Source of the DNA: Gammaproteobacteria bacterium
GTDB taxonomy: Bacteria > Pseudomonadota > Gammaproteobacteria > Ga0077536
NCBI GenBank assembly: GCA_963662545.2
Contig: CAXXLL010000002.1
Location: 1,184,001-1,248,000, forward strand
DNA: 64,000 nt
Direction: 5' to 3'
Shown here: positions 33,083-42,447 of the stretch, piece after piece
Layout of the letters: every line of letters starts with the position of its first letter
Numbering within the stretch: position 1 is the stretch's first letter
Notes under the pieces: model-generated
The model's database searches: none
Told to the model about the DNA's origin: nothing
What the model saw: the letters and a program-made list of their open reading frames with translations, nothing else
Program-made: the position numbers and the translations under genes

Positions 33083-33242
33083 CAGACTGTGTGAAAACTC
33101 AATAATACGACGTCGAAAGTAAAAAATTCCCCACCAGCATAGTAGTTAAGCACCATGAAAAGGGATCAGCACATCGCATTAATACACTTCCGAGTGTCGG
33201 TTCCCCACTTTTGAAAAACGCAAATAGTTTTCACACAGTCTG
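33083..33242. mobile_element. 160-bp MITE (IS1182-like ends) with 4-bp TSD GACC
   Basis: CAGACTGTGTGAAAACT ... AGTTTTCACACAGTCTG perfect 17-bp IR; GACC on both sides; no ORF. Confidence 0.8.
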
Positions 33243-33481
33243 GACCCACAGCGGACCTTCGCAAATATCGAACCGTGTGGGGCTTTCGGTTGTTCCTCGA
33301 CAGTAGACGGCGAATGGAAGAAAGTTTGTTAGAAGTTCAATAAACAGCTAAAACCCGTCCATGCCCGCGGTGTAAGTTACCATTGATAAAGTTCGCTTTC
33401 CGCAATTGTCATTTGACTTAATCGTTGCGGCAGTGGAACGCCAGTCAGGTTAAGAACGTGATCGAGAGAGAGGCTTGAGTT

Positions 33482-33970
33482 GTGCTGAAAAAAATCCTGT
33501 TGGGCTTGGGTGTGTTGGCAGTCGTTATCGGAGTAATTATTGGAGTTGGGTTGGGGCGATTTTTCGGTGAGGTTGATTTTGAGCCGGGGCATCCAAAAAC
33601 CAGCGGGCAGCAAATCGAGGAGGCCCTCATATATAAAGTCCTGCAAATCGACGCAGAGCGAATTAACCAACAGTTGCCGACCATGAAAAACGAATTTACG
33701 CGTCATGAGAAGGTAACGCTGGGTCCAGGGCTGCAAGGGGTTTTACACTTTACGGTTATCGGTTATTCGCCAAGTGATGGTGAACTAGCCGACGTCAGAG
33801 CCAACACTATAAAGACAGCATGTTCCGACAAAACTATCAAAGAATCCCTGCAACACGACATGAAATGGATCTATTCCTATTCGGGAGAAGACGCGGATGA
33901 AATTCTTCGTTTCGAAGTTAATCGGGATATATGCGGTTATCCAAAAGAGCTACCCATGTATGCCGATTGA
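33482..33970 (+). CDS. Hypothetical membrane-anchored protein (AT-richer than its neighbours)
   Basis: 162 aa, N-terminal TM helix, two Cys. Confidence 0.65.
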   Translation: MLKKILLGLGVLAVVIGVIIGVGLGRFFGEVDFEPGHPKTSGQQIEEALIYKVLQIDAERINQQLPTMKNEFTRHEKVTLGPGLQGVLHFTVIGYSPSDGELADVRANTIKTACSDKTIKESLQHDMKWIYSYSGEDADEILRFEVNRDICGYPKELPMYAD

Positions 33971-34037
33971 CAATCATCCGCGCCGGATGCGGTTACTAAT
34001 TTGCGTCAGATTATGGCGTTCTACGCGACCAGGAAGG

Positions 34038-34107
34038 GTCCGCTTGTGGCTGATTGCTGCCGAAATCGTCACCTCAAAGTTTGGCCGGAATACCTTCGAT
34101 AGCGGAC
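34038..34107. repeat. 70-bp GTCCGCT...AGCGGAC site (partner at 33023-33256)
   Basis: Terminal 7-bp inverted repeat with internal arm-spacer-arm structure. Confidence 0.55.
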
Positions 34108-34511
34108 ATCAAATCATGTGGCGGAACTGTCCGAGCAAGTCTGAACTCCGCTTATAGTCTGTCAGATCGAGTCTGAGTTTTTAAAGATTTGGCGACGGGG
34201 ACGCTGGACCGCATCGGGTCGCGCGCATGCGGGCTTCTGATCAATCACTCCGTGCCTGCCATCCATGGCGGTACCTCAACCGATTATTGGTACATGCCAT
34301 CCCTGGCGGAACTCAAGTGCCTTCGTTTGGCCCCAGCCCGGCCATCCGTGGCCGGGCGCTCACCGGGAGAAAGCCACGTTAAGTGGCTTTCTCTTTTTCC
34401 GGCTCGCCTACTTGCGGGCGAATTGACTAACTCAGCGCAAAAGAAAAGGCGCCGCGATCGTTCACGTATCACCACAATCTCATATAATCTGCCGGCGCAC
34501 TCGGAGAATAA

Positions 34512-34991
34512 TTAAAGCAAGGCATTAAGCTGCGCCTCGATCTCCTCGGGCGTCGTGCGCGGTTCGAAGCGTTTGACGACTTCACCTTTGGCGTTGACCA
34601 GGAACTTGGTGAAATTCCAGGTCACCTTGGTGCTGCCGTCGTCGTTGGGCTGGGCCGCCTTCAGGATCTCGTACAGTTCGCAGGCGCCGTCGCCGTTCAC
34701 CTCAATCTTGGAGAACATGGGGAAGTTGACATCGTACTTCGATGTCGCGAATTCCGAGATCTCCTCGTTCGTTCCCGGTTCCTGTGCGCCGAACTGATTG
34801 CAGGGGAAGCCTAAGACCGAGAAATTTTTGCCGCTGTTATTCTCATGTAGGGTACGCAGACCTGCGTACTGAGGTGTCATGCCTCATTGGCTAGCGAGAT
34901 TCACGATCAACAGCGCTTGATCCCGGTATCCCGACAAAGCGACGGGTTCGCCTGTAATCGAGTCCATGCTCAGGTCATAGATATCCGCCAT
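34512..34991 (-). CDS. Selenocysteine-containing glutathione peroxidase (U36)
   Basis: IVNLASQ-TGA(34884-34886)-GMTPQY in frame; FPCNQF and WNFTKFL motifs; AAGGAG RBS; SECIS at 34852-34869. Confidence 0.92.
34852..34869 (-). promoter_or_regulatory. Putative SECIS element of the Sec glutathione peroxidase
   Basis: GUACGCA-GGUC-UGCGUAC; the apical GCAGGUCUGC matches the E. coli fdhF SECIS tip as recalled. Confidence 0.85.
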
Positions 34992-35216
34992 GGGGTTCTC
35001 CTTTTCGATCAGTTCCGATGTATCGTGAGTAGCCATTTTACTTCGCCGGAGAGGGTCCGCCACAGCCCATTTTTGGCACCTTGCCGGACCGGGCATTCCT
35101 TGCCAGGGCAATTCCGTCTATTCTGCGGCTAACCAACTTCGGAAAGCGACAGGGAATCGTTTTTCGGTAGCCTGCTAACCAGGCAGTCGTCGCATGACTT
35201 GAAGAGGACTGAACCA

Positions 35217-36098
35217 ATGACCGTGGAGTACATCGCTTCGATCTCCGAACGCTATCAACAGCTCGGGTATGATCCGTATCGCTGGTTCAAGGCCGAAGAT
35301 CTCTCGGCCTTCACGCCGCTGGAAAAGCCCTTGTCGGCATCGCGACTCGGAGTCCTGACCACATCCGGGGCCTATGTCGTCGGTCAGGTCGCGTTCTATT
35401 ACAAGGACGACACCTCCATCCGTTCGATCCCCAAGGATACGCCGATCGATCGAATCCACTTCTCGCACATCACTGAGAATTACCTGACGGATCCACGCAA
35501 GGATCCGAATTGCATCCTGCCAATCGAAGCGTTGCGGGAAGCGGAGGAGAATGGCCGCATCGGCGAACTCGGACCGGAAATCTTCTCCTGCATGGGCGGG
35601 GTCTATTCCCAGCGTCGCGTGCGGGAAGAAATGATCCCGGATTTAGAGGCGCGGTTTAAGGCGCAGGCAGTCGACGCCGTGCTCCTTGTCCCGATGTGAC
35701 CCGTCTGCCATCAGACCGTGAGTCTGATAGCCCGGCACCTCGAAGCACACGGCACGCCGACCCTGTGCATGGCGAGTGCGCTCGACATCATCGAAGCGGG
35801 ACGTCCGCCGCGCGCGGTGTTCCTGGACTACCCGCTTGGGCATACCGCGGGGCGGCCCTTCGATCGCGATGATCAACGCGCCATCCTGGGCGATGCACTG
35901 AACGCGTTTGAAGCGATTGAAACACCCGCTACGATAGAACGGCTGGAATATCGCTGGTCGGATTCCGACGATTGGGAGCAACAAGATGCGGACGCGAGTA
36001 CGGGCGATTCTCGCGCGCCACGCGGCATGGAGCCACAGTACCAAACGGAGGCGGATCGCACCGCGGCCGAGACCACGCAAGCATCGATGAGGCCATAA
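35217..36098 (+). CDS. PrdB/GrdB-like (glycine/proline reductase selenoprotein B family) selenoprotein (U161, UxxC)
   Basis: DAVLLVPM-TGA(35697-35699)-PVCHQTVSLIARHLEAHG in frame; KPLSASRLGVLTTSG, DPNCILP and PPRAVFLDYPLG motifs; SECIS at 35710-35728. Confidence 0.88.
35710..35728 (+). promoter_or_regulatory. Putative SECIS element of the PrdB-like selenoprotein
   Basis: AUCAGAC-CGUGA-GUCUGAU perfect 7-bp stem; loop begins 17 nt after the UGA. Confidence 0.75.
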
Positions 36099-36137
36099 GC
36101 CGATCGAGCGTTTCGGTTCGCCCGCCAGCGGGCGAAA

Positions 36138-37436
36138 TCAAGCGGCCGCGCGTACCGGCAGCTTGGAATACCCAGACACGTGCGTGTTCGCGATCCGGCT
36201 ACTTTCCCCGGCCAGTTCGAACTCAGGCAGGAACGGAATGAGCGCTTTCATCATGGACGTGAGTTCGGCCCGTGCCAGGTTGGTACCGATGCAGAAATGC
36301 GCACCGTACCCGAAGGTCAGGTATTCATTCGGCGTGCGTTCGATATCGAAGCGGTAGGGATTCTCGAAGACTGTATCGTCGCGGTTGGCGGACGGGTAGA
36401 ACATGCAGACGGTCTCGCCTTCGCGAATCTTCGTACCGCTCAGATCGAAATCCCGAGTCGCTGTTCTGAGGAAGCTGATCACTGGGGTCGTCCATCTGAG
36501 TACCTCGTCCGTCGTCGTCGGGAGGAGATCGGGATTTTCAACCAGGCGGTCGCGCTGTTCGGGGTGTTCCAGTAGCGCTGCGAAGCCGCCTGCGGTCGCG
36601 TTGCGCGTCGTGTCATTGCCGGCACCGATCAGCACGAACAGATAGCCGATCAACTGCTGGTCGTTCATGGGCTGGCCCTGTACCTGGGCGTCGACCAAAC
36701 GATTCACGAAGGACGAAGGTCCGCCGCCCGGCACCCGGTGCTCGTGGATCAGGTCTTCCAGGTAGCCACGGAACTCGTTCATGTTGCGCCTTGCGGCTTG
36801 CATCGTCGTCTCGCCCTCGAGGATGTGCTCGGGTTCGACTTCACCGATGATCGCGTTGGACCAGATCAGGAGCCGGCGCCAGTCATCCGGTGGCAGTTCC
36901 ATGATCTCGCCGACCGCGGCGAGCGGTAGCTTGCACGCAAACTCCTTCACGAAATCACAGGTCTCACCGCGTGCTGTCGCCACCTTTACGGATGCGGAAA
37001 ATTCGGCGGCGAAGCCCTCGGCGAGTTCGTCGAAATGTTTCGCCATCCCGCGCATGCAGCCCTGCGTAAAGGCCCAGCTCGACGCTTTGCGCACGTGGCG
37101 ATGGCGCGGGTTGTCCATGAAAACCAGGTCCGGGGGCTCATCGGGATCCCATCCCCGCGAGGTACCGAAATCGTCGAGGCCCTCGCGCAATATTTCCACT
37201 TCTCCCATGAGGGTTAGGCGCAGCCGCGGCCCGCCGTTGATAAATACATCGGGATGCCCCGAGATGGTCATCACGTCGGCGTAGCGGGTAACCGCCCAGA
37301 ACGGTTCTATGTCGTCGCGCTCGTACCAGAAGATCGGGGCTTCGCGGCGCAGCAGATCCCATTCTTCCCACGGAAATCCTTGTGCCGCATAACGTTGGGG
37401 AGTATGGATATCGATGGTTGCTAGGGACAGAGTCAT
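36138..37436 (-). CDS. Cytochrome P450
   Basis: AGNDTT, EVLR and FGYGAHFCIG motifs. Confidence 0.92.
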   Translation of the reverse strand: MTLSLATIDIHTPQRYAAQGFPWEEWDLLRREAPIFWYERDDIEPFWAVTRYADVMTISGHPDVFINGGPRLRLTLMGEVEILREGLDDFGTSRGWDPDEPPDLVFMDNPRHRHVRKASSWAFTQGCMRGMAKHFDELAEGFAAEFSASVKVATARGETCDFVKEFACKLPLAAVGEIMELPPDDWRRLLIWSNAIIGEVEPEHILEGETTMQAARRNMNEFRGYLEDLIHEHRVPGGGPSSFVNRLVDAQVQGQPMNDQQLIGYLFVLIGAGNDTTRNATAGGFAALLEHPEQRDRLVENPDLLPTTTDEVLRWTTPVISFLRTATRDFDLSGTKIREGETVCMFYPSANRDDTVFENPYRFDIERTPNEYLTFGYGAHFCIGTNLARAELTSMMKALIPFLPEFELAGESSRIANTHVSGYSKLPVRAAA

Positions 37437-37775
37437 GGGATCGATGCCTCTTCTTGATGGCCGGAACGACCAGCTTGCGGAGATCCAATATTCGCATCAT
37501 TCCATACAGATCGGTACCACGCCTAAAGGGCTCCTTCGGGCCAAGATGCGTCAATCAAGCCATGCGAATGCTTCTCATTAAAAAAACGTTTCCGCTGAAA
37601 CATAATGTACTGGCCAGCACCGAACGGTCGGACTCGTGCCCCGGGAACGAATCCTAATGCGCCATTTGACTCATAGAGCGGCCCGATTTATTGTCCACGC
37701 CGCAAAAGCGTATGGGCAGGCTCTATTCACACGGATGCCTCGGCCCCTGAGCCTCAATCAACGAAAAGGTAAATC

Positions 37776-39596
37776 GTGGCTACGAGCATCAATGAATTAA
37801 TGGACCCCTCCCGTCTGGATTTTGATCCGGACGCTTTGCGCGCGAAATATCGCGAGGAACGCGATAAGCGCGTTCGTGCAGATGGTAACGAGCAATACTA
37901 TGAAGTTGTCGGTGACTTCTCCCGGTATGTAGACGATCCTTACGTGGACCGGGGTTTTGCGCGAGAACCTATCACCGACGATATTGAAGTCGCCATCATC
38001 GGCGGCGGTTTCGGTGGTCTGCTGGCTGGCGCGCGTCTGCGCGAGGCCGGGGTCGAAGACCTGCGGATCATCGAGAAAGGCGGCGATTTCGGTGGTACCT
38101 GGTATTGGAATCGCTACCCGGGCGCGATGTGCGACATCGAGTCCTATATCTACTTTCCCCTGTTAGATGAACTCAATTACGTACCGACGGAAAAATACGC
38201 GCATGCCCCCGAGATCCTGGCCTACGCCCGACGGATCGCCGAACACTATGATCTTTACACCAAGGCCTGTCTGCAGACCGAAGTGACCGATATGCGCTGG
38301 GACGACAGCATCCGGCGCTGGATACTCTCGACCAACCGCGGCGATCGGATCCAGGCTCGTTTCGTGGCGATGTCAAATGGCCCGCTCAACCGGCCGAAGC
38401 TACCGGGTATTCCCGGCATCGAGTCCTTCGAAGGCCATACTTTTCACACCAGTCGCTGGGATTACGCCTACACCGGGGGAGATACGAACGGAAACCTGGC
38501 CGGTCTAGATGGCAAACGGGTTGGCATCATCGGCACCGGCGCAACGGCCATCCAATGCCTGCCGCATCTGGGGCTTGCTGCCGACCATCTGTACGTCTTC
38601 CAGCGCACACCCTCATCCATCGATGTGCGCGATAACCGTCCCACCGATCCGGCCTGGGCAGCCGGTCTCGAACCCGGCTGGCAGCAAGAGCGCATGGACA
38701 ATTTCAACATCCTTATCAGCGGTGGCTACCAGGACGAAGACATGGTCGGCGATGGTTGGACCGAAATCTTCCGTAATCTCGGTGGTTTCGTGCCGCCGGC
38801 GGGTTTCGAAACACTGTCGCCGCGAGAGATGGCCGCTGCCGTTGAAATGCTCGACTTCCAGAAGATGGAAAAGGTTCGCTCGCGCGTCGATTCCATCGTC
38901 AAAGATGCGGTGACAGCGGAGGCCCTCAAACCGTATTACCGCCAGTTCTGCAAACGCCCGTGTTTTCACGATGAGTATCTCGACACCTACAACCTCTCCA
39001 ACGTCAAGCTCGTCGATACGCAGGGCCAGGGCGTCGAGCGGATCACGCAGAATGGAGTCGTCGTCGATGGAAAAGAGTACGAAATCGACTGTCTGATCTT
39101 TGCAACCGGCTTTGAGGTCGGCACCGCCTACACGCGCCGTGCGGGCTATGACATCGTTGGGCGCGACGGCTTGAAGTTGAGTGAGAAGTGGGCTGATGGG
39201 AAGTCGACCTTTCATGGTCTTCACAGCCACGGCTTTCCTAATTGTTATTTCATGGGACTCGTACAAAGCGTATTGATCCCGAATTTTCCCCATCTGCTGA
39301 ACGAGCAAAGCAAACACATTGCGTACGTGATCAAACACGCACGTGAGCACGACATCACGGTTGTCGAAGCGGAGATGGAAGCGGAAGCGGAATGGGTCGA
39401 CACCATCAGACGGCTCGCACGCCTTGGCGAGCGCTTCTTCGCAGAATGCACGCCCGGCTACTACAACAACGAAGGAAATCCCGATCCGCGTCACGGATTC
39501 TTATCCGACGCATACGGTGGCGGCCCAGTCGAATTCTTCCAGATCTTGAAAACCTGGCGTGACGAAAATACCCTGCAAGGGCTCAGGATGAATTGA
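37776..39596 (+). CDS. Baeyer-Villiger monooxygenase (type I)
   Basis: GGGFGG, GGTWYWNRYPG, FEGHTFHTSRW fingerprint and GTGATA motifs. Confidence 0.93.
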   Translation: MATSINELMDPSRLDFDPDALRAKYREERDKRVRADGNEQYYEVVGDFSRYVDDPYVDRGFAREPITDDIEVAIIGGGFGGLLAGARLREAGVEDLRIIEKGGDFGGTWYWNRYPGAMCDIESYIYFPLLDELNYVPTEKYAHAPEILAYARRIAEHYDLYTKACLQTEVTDMRWDDSIRRWILSTNRGDRIQARFVAMSNGPLNRPKLPGIPGIESFEGHTFHTSRWDYAYTGGDTNGNLAGLDGKRVGIIGTGATAIQCLPHLGLAADHLYVFQRTPSSIDVRDNRPTDPAWAAGLEPGWQQERMDNFNILISGGYQDEDMVGDGWTEIFRNLGGFVPPAGFETLSPREMAAAVEMLDFQKMEKVRSRVDSIVKDAVTAEALKPYYRQFCKRPCFHDEYLDTYNLSNVKLVDTQGQGVERITQNGVVVDGKEYEIDCLIFATGFEVGTAYTRRAGYDIVGRDGLKLSEKWADGKSTFHGLHSHGFPNCYFMGLVQSVLIPNFPHLLNEQSKHIAYVIKHAREHDITVVEAEMEAEAEWVDTIRRLARLGERFFAECTPGYYNNEGNPDPRHGFLSDAYGGGPVEFFQILKTWRDENTLQGLRMN

Positions 39597-39658
39597 CGGG
39601 CTTCAGCACGGACTCGATGCCCTTCTGAATATCATGCGGGTAGGGCAGGGCGGCGGTT

Positions 39659-40129
39659 CTAATTGACGATTTCGTCGGCACCGTTCGGGTGATCGAGAAC
39701 GTATAACCACGAACCGTCCGGCTGCCTCTCCATGACCTCGATACCGCTGCCTTTGATTTCAAGCGGGCTGCCGTCTTCTGATTTTCCGGTGACGCGCCAG
39801 ATCGAACGCAGTAGTGCATGATGTTTCGACTTGAGCTCGAAGGCCGTCTCCACGGTGATTTCGTCCGAGGTCTCCATTAACTCTGCAAAGTTTTCACAGA
39901 TCGCCTTCCTGCCAACCAGAGGCGGCTTGTCCTCGTTATAAACGACGGCGTCGTCCGCATAGAGCGCGCAGAGTTGTTCGATGTTCTTGTCATTAAATGC
40001 GACGACGAACAATTCGTGTCCCATCGCCGGAGTCATGGTCTTGATCGGAGGCGGTGCTGGATCTTCCGCTGCGAGTGCCGTGTGACTTGTCACCATGATT
40101 GACAGTAATAATAAGGTCCTTCTTAGCAT
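39659..40129 (-). CDS. Exported NTF2/SnoaL-like (YybH/DUF4440) protein
   Basis: Signal peptide, LYADDAV and RQPDGSWLYVLDHP motifs. Confidence 0.8.
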   Translation of the reverse strand: MLRRTLLLLSIMVTSHTALAAEDPAPPPIKTMTPAMGHELFVVAFNDKNIEQLCALYADDAVVYNEDKPPLVGRKAICENFAELMETSDEITVETAFELKSKHHALLRSIWRVTGKSEDGSPLEIKGSGIEVMERQPDGSWLYVLDHPNGADEIVN

Positions 40130-40520
40130 GTCAGGTGCCCTCTCTTTCTAAATATCAACAAAAACCCGCCGATCGAGCGCGATCGACTGACAGTGCACAT
40201 ACTGTGGATGTTATATCAAGGCCTTCTATTTGAGATAGGGTCAAACACGTCCGACCCAGGTTCCGTTTGCCGAGCTCGCCATTCGCCGCCTTAAACCTTA
40301 GTCTGTGTTGGTCCTATCGTTTTGTACATTGCCGGAATGCCGCGGGCACGACGTGTGTTGGGAACATTAAGCAGGTTTTGGACTGGCAGCTAAAAGAGCA
40401 GCGGCTACCCGAGTAATGCGGTGGGACGGGGCGAAAGCGCCGGGCTAAGCCCGTGCAAGGATCGAATCCTAGCGCACCATCCGAAATATTCATCCAGCGC
40501 AACGAACAGGAGGATCAACA

Positions 40521-40970
40521 ATGAAAAAACAAGCGCTCAATCCCGACAACGTGTGGAAGCCGGAAGATTATTTCAATCTCTATCACTCGCGAGAACTACC
40601 GCGGGTCCCTCCCGAAAAATCCGGCTGGGAGCAGTCCGTCACATATGGCAACTGGTTATTCATCTCGGGTCAGACGCCGACGACCCCGGAAGGCAAGACA
40701 GTCGCGACCGACATGCATGCGCAAGTGCGCCAGGCTTTGGAAAACACGAAGAACATCGTGGAAGCGGCGGGCGGAACGACCGACGACATCGTTCAGATTC
40801 GCTATTATTTCAAGGCCGGCTACATGGAAGAGGGCCTGGCCGCCCTGCGTGATTTCGGCGGCGAATACTTCAACAGCCCGTTCCCATCGACGACCTGCGT
40901 GGAGGTCGTGCGGGTCGCGTGGCCCGATCACCACCTCGAAATCGAGGGGGTCGCCATCATCGGCGACTGA
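40521..40970 (+). CDS. RidA/YjgF family protein
   Basis: LFISGQ, FPSTTCVEV and LEIEGVA motifs; AGGAGG RBS. Confidence 0.85.
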   Translation: MKKQALNPDNVWKPEDYFNLYHSRELPRVPPEKSGWEQSVTYGNWLFISGQTPTTPEGKTVATDMHAQVRQALENTKNIVEAAGGTTDDIVQIRYYFKAGYMEEGLAALRDFGGEYFNSPFPSTTCVEVVRVAWPDHHLEIEGVAIIGD

Positions 40971-41061
40971 ATCGGAACAACTATTGGGTGACCGGCCGCG
41001 CACTGCGGTCTAAATTACCGGGAAACCATGACGGCGCATCGCTGAGCCGGGAGGGCGGAGC

Positions 41062-41595
41062 ATGAAAGTGAAAACAGTGAGACGGTTGGTGACGGGTCAC
41101 GACGAGAACGGCAAGTCCAGGATCATCATGGACGGTCCGGCGGAAAGCGTCCTCGTCATGGAGAAGATGGGGGATCTGACGGTGACCGATTTTTGGGAAA
41201 CCACTGACGCGCCGGCGGGAAACACCGGAGATGAGGACAATGCCGACCGTCCCATTCACCTAGAACCCACACCCACCGGGACGATCTACCGCATCGTTGA
41301 TTTTCCGCCCGATTCGGCCTGGAAAGACGGCGTCGATGGAGCCGAAGCCTTTGCCCAGCTGCAGGCCGCGCACGCGGCTGACCGCGATGCGGCGGATCCG
41401 GCCATGCACAAAACTGCTACGGTCGATTACGCCATGGTGCTAGCCGGCGAAATCTGGGCCGTCATGGACACCGAGGAACGCCTCATGAAAGCAGGCGATG
41501 TGCTCATCCAGCGCGGCACCAATCACGCCTGGGCCAACAAGACCGACGAGTTCTGCCGCATGATGTTCGTGCTCTGCGGCGCTAAGCCCGTTTAG
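41062..41595 (+). CDS. Cupin-domain protein
   Basis: VRRLVTGHD, MHKTATVDY and QRGTNHAWAN motifs. Confidence 0.88.
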   Translation: MKVKTVRRLVTGHDENGKSRIIMDGPAESVLVMEKMGDLTVTDFWETTDAPAGNTGDEDNADRPIHLEPTPTGTIYRIVDFPPDSAWKDGVDGAEAFAQLQAAHAADRDAADPAMHKTATVDYAMVLAGEIWAVMDTEERLMKAGDVLIQRGTNHAWANKTDEFCRMMFVLCGAKPV

Positions 41596-41604
41596 ATAAA
41601 CGAA

Positions 41605-42063
41605 CTACAGTTTCGCGGGGCCGTTGGAATTCGCCCAGCCTTGCGCCAAGGGCACGAAATAAAACATCTCGACGCGTCGGGATGTGAATTTCCACTCGCC
41701 GTCGGCTTTCTCATAGGTGTCGTGCAGGCGTCCGGCGCCGATCCAGCTTTCACCGTCGCGGGTCGCGCGGTTCTCGAGCGAGCAGGTCCCGGTCGCATGA
41801 TCGCCGTCGATGTGGATCACGTGATTGGTGAAGAAGGGTTTCACCTTTAGCGGCCAGGTCGACGTGTAGAACGCCTTGATATCATCGTGGCCCGTCATCA
41901 CGCCGCGCCCGAGTGAGCTGAAGTCGATCGAGGCGTCGCCCGTGAACAGGCTCGCCATGCGTTCGGCATCCTGATCTTCGATCGCCAGCCCGTAGGCGTA
42001 GGTCAGCTCTTTGATTTTTTCGCGGTCCCAGAGTTCGAGGACCATTTCCTCGTGAGTCATCAT
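41605..42063 (-). CDS. SnoaL-like NTF2 family protein
   Basis: DREKIKEL..Y, LFTGDA and GEWKF motifs. Confidence 0.85.
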   Translation of the reverse strand: MMTHEEMVLELWDREKIKELTYAYGLAIEDQDAERMASLFTGDASIDFSSLGRGVMTGHDDIKAFYTSTWPLKVKPFFTNHVIHIDGDHATGTCSLENRATRDGESWIGAGRLHDTYEKADGEWKFTSRRVEMFYFVPLAQGWANSNGPAKL

Positions 42064-42183
42064 GCATTCCCTCTTCTAGCCACGATTATCCAGCACGCGC
42101 CCCACCGGGTTCGCAGGGGGTATTTCGGAATCCGATGGGAATCTTTCAGGCGGCTGGTCCGAATACCTGTTCCCAGGCGACAC

Positions 42184-42432
42184 TTAACCGCCCTCGATCT
42201 TCGGCAGAAAATAGACCTCGCTGTTCGCTTCTATGGCTTCCAGATAAGGTTCCTGAAAGATCTCCCCGTCGATGGCGACTGCGGTTCGCGTGCGCAGACG
42301 CTCACCCATCCCGGGATATTGCCGGTCGAGCGCCGCGATGAGTTGACGGACGTTATCCGCTTCGACTTCTAATTGCGTGACACCGTCGGTGAAGCTGTTA
42401 GCGAGCTCCGTCTGCAAGACCACCTTCGCCAT
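42184..42432 (-). CDS. MoaD/ThiS family sulfur carrier
   Basis: 82 aa ending in IEGG. Confidence 0.85.
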   Translation of the reverse strand: MAKVVLQTELANSFTDGVTQLEVEADNVRQLIAALDRQYPGMGERLRTRTAVAIDGEIFQEPYLEAIEANSEVYFLPKIEGG

Positions 42433-42447
42433 TGGAGCGAAGGCTGA

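Noticed and set aside
33023-34107. Integron attC sites
   Set aside because: They lack the RYYYAAC/GTTRRRY core ends and there is no integrase nearby
40400-40460. c-di-GMP-I riboswitch-like words (GTGGGACG...AAAGC..CCGGGCTAAG)
   Set aside because: The spacing and the upstream GGCAAA/GAAA hairpin do not fit; not supportable by eye
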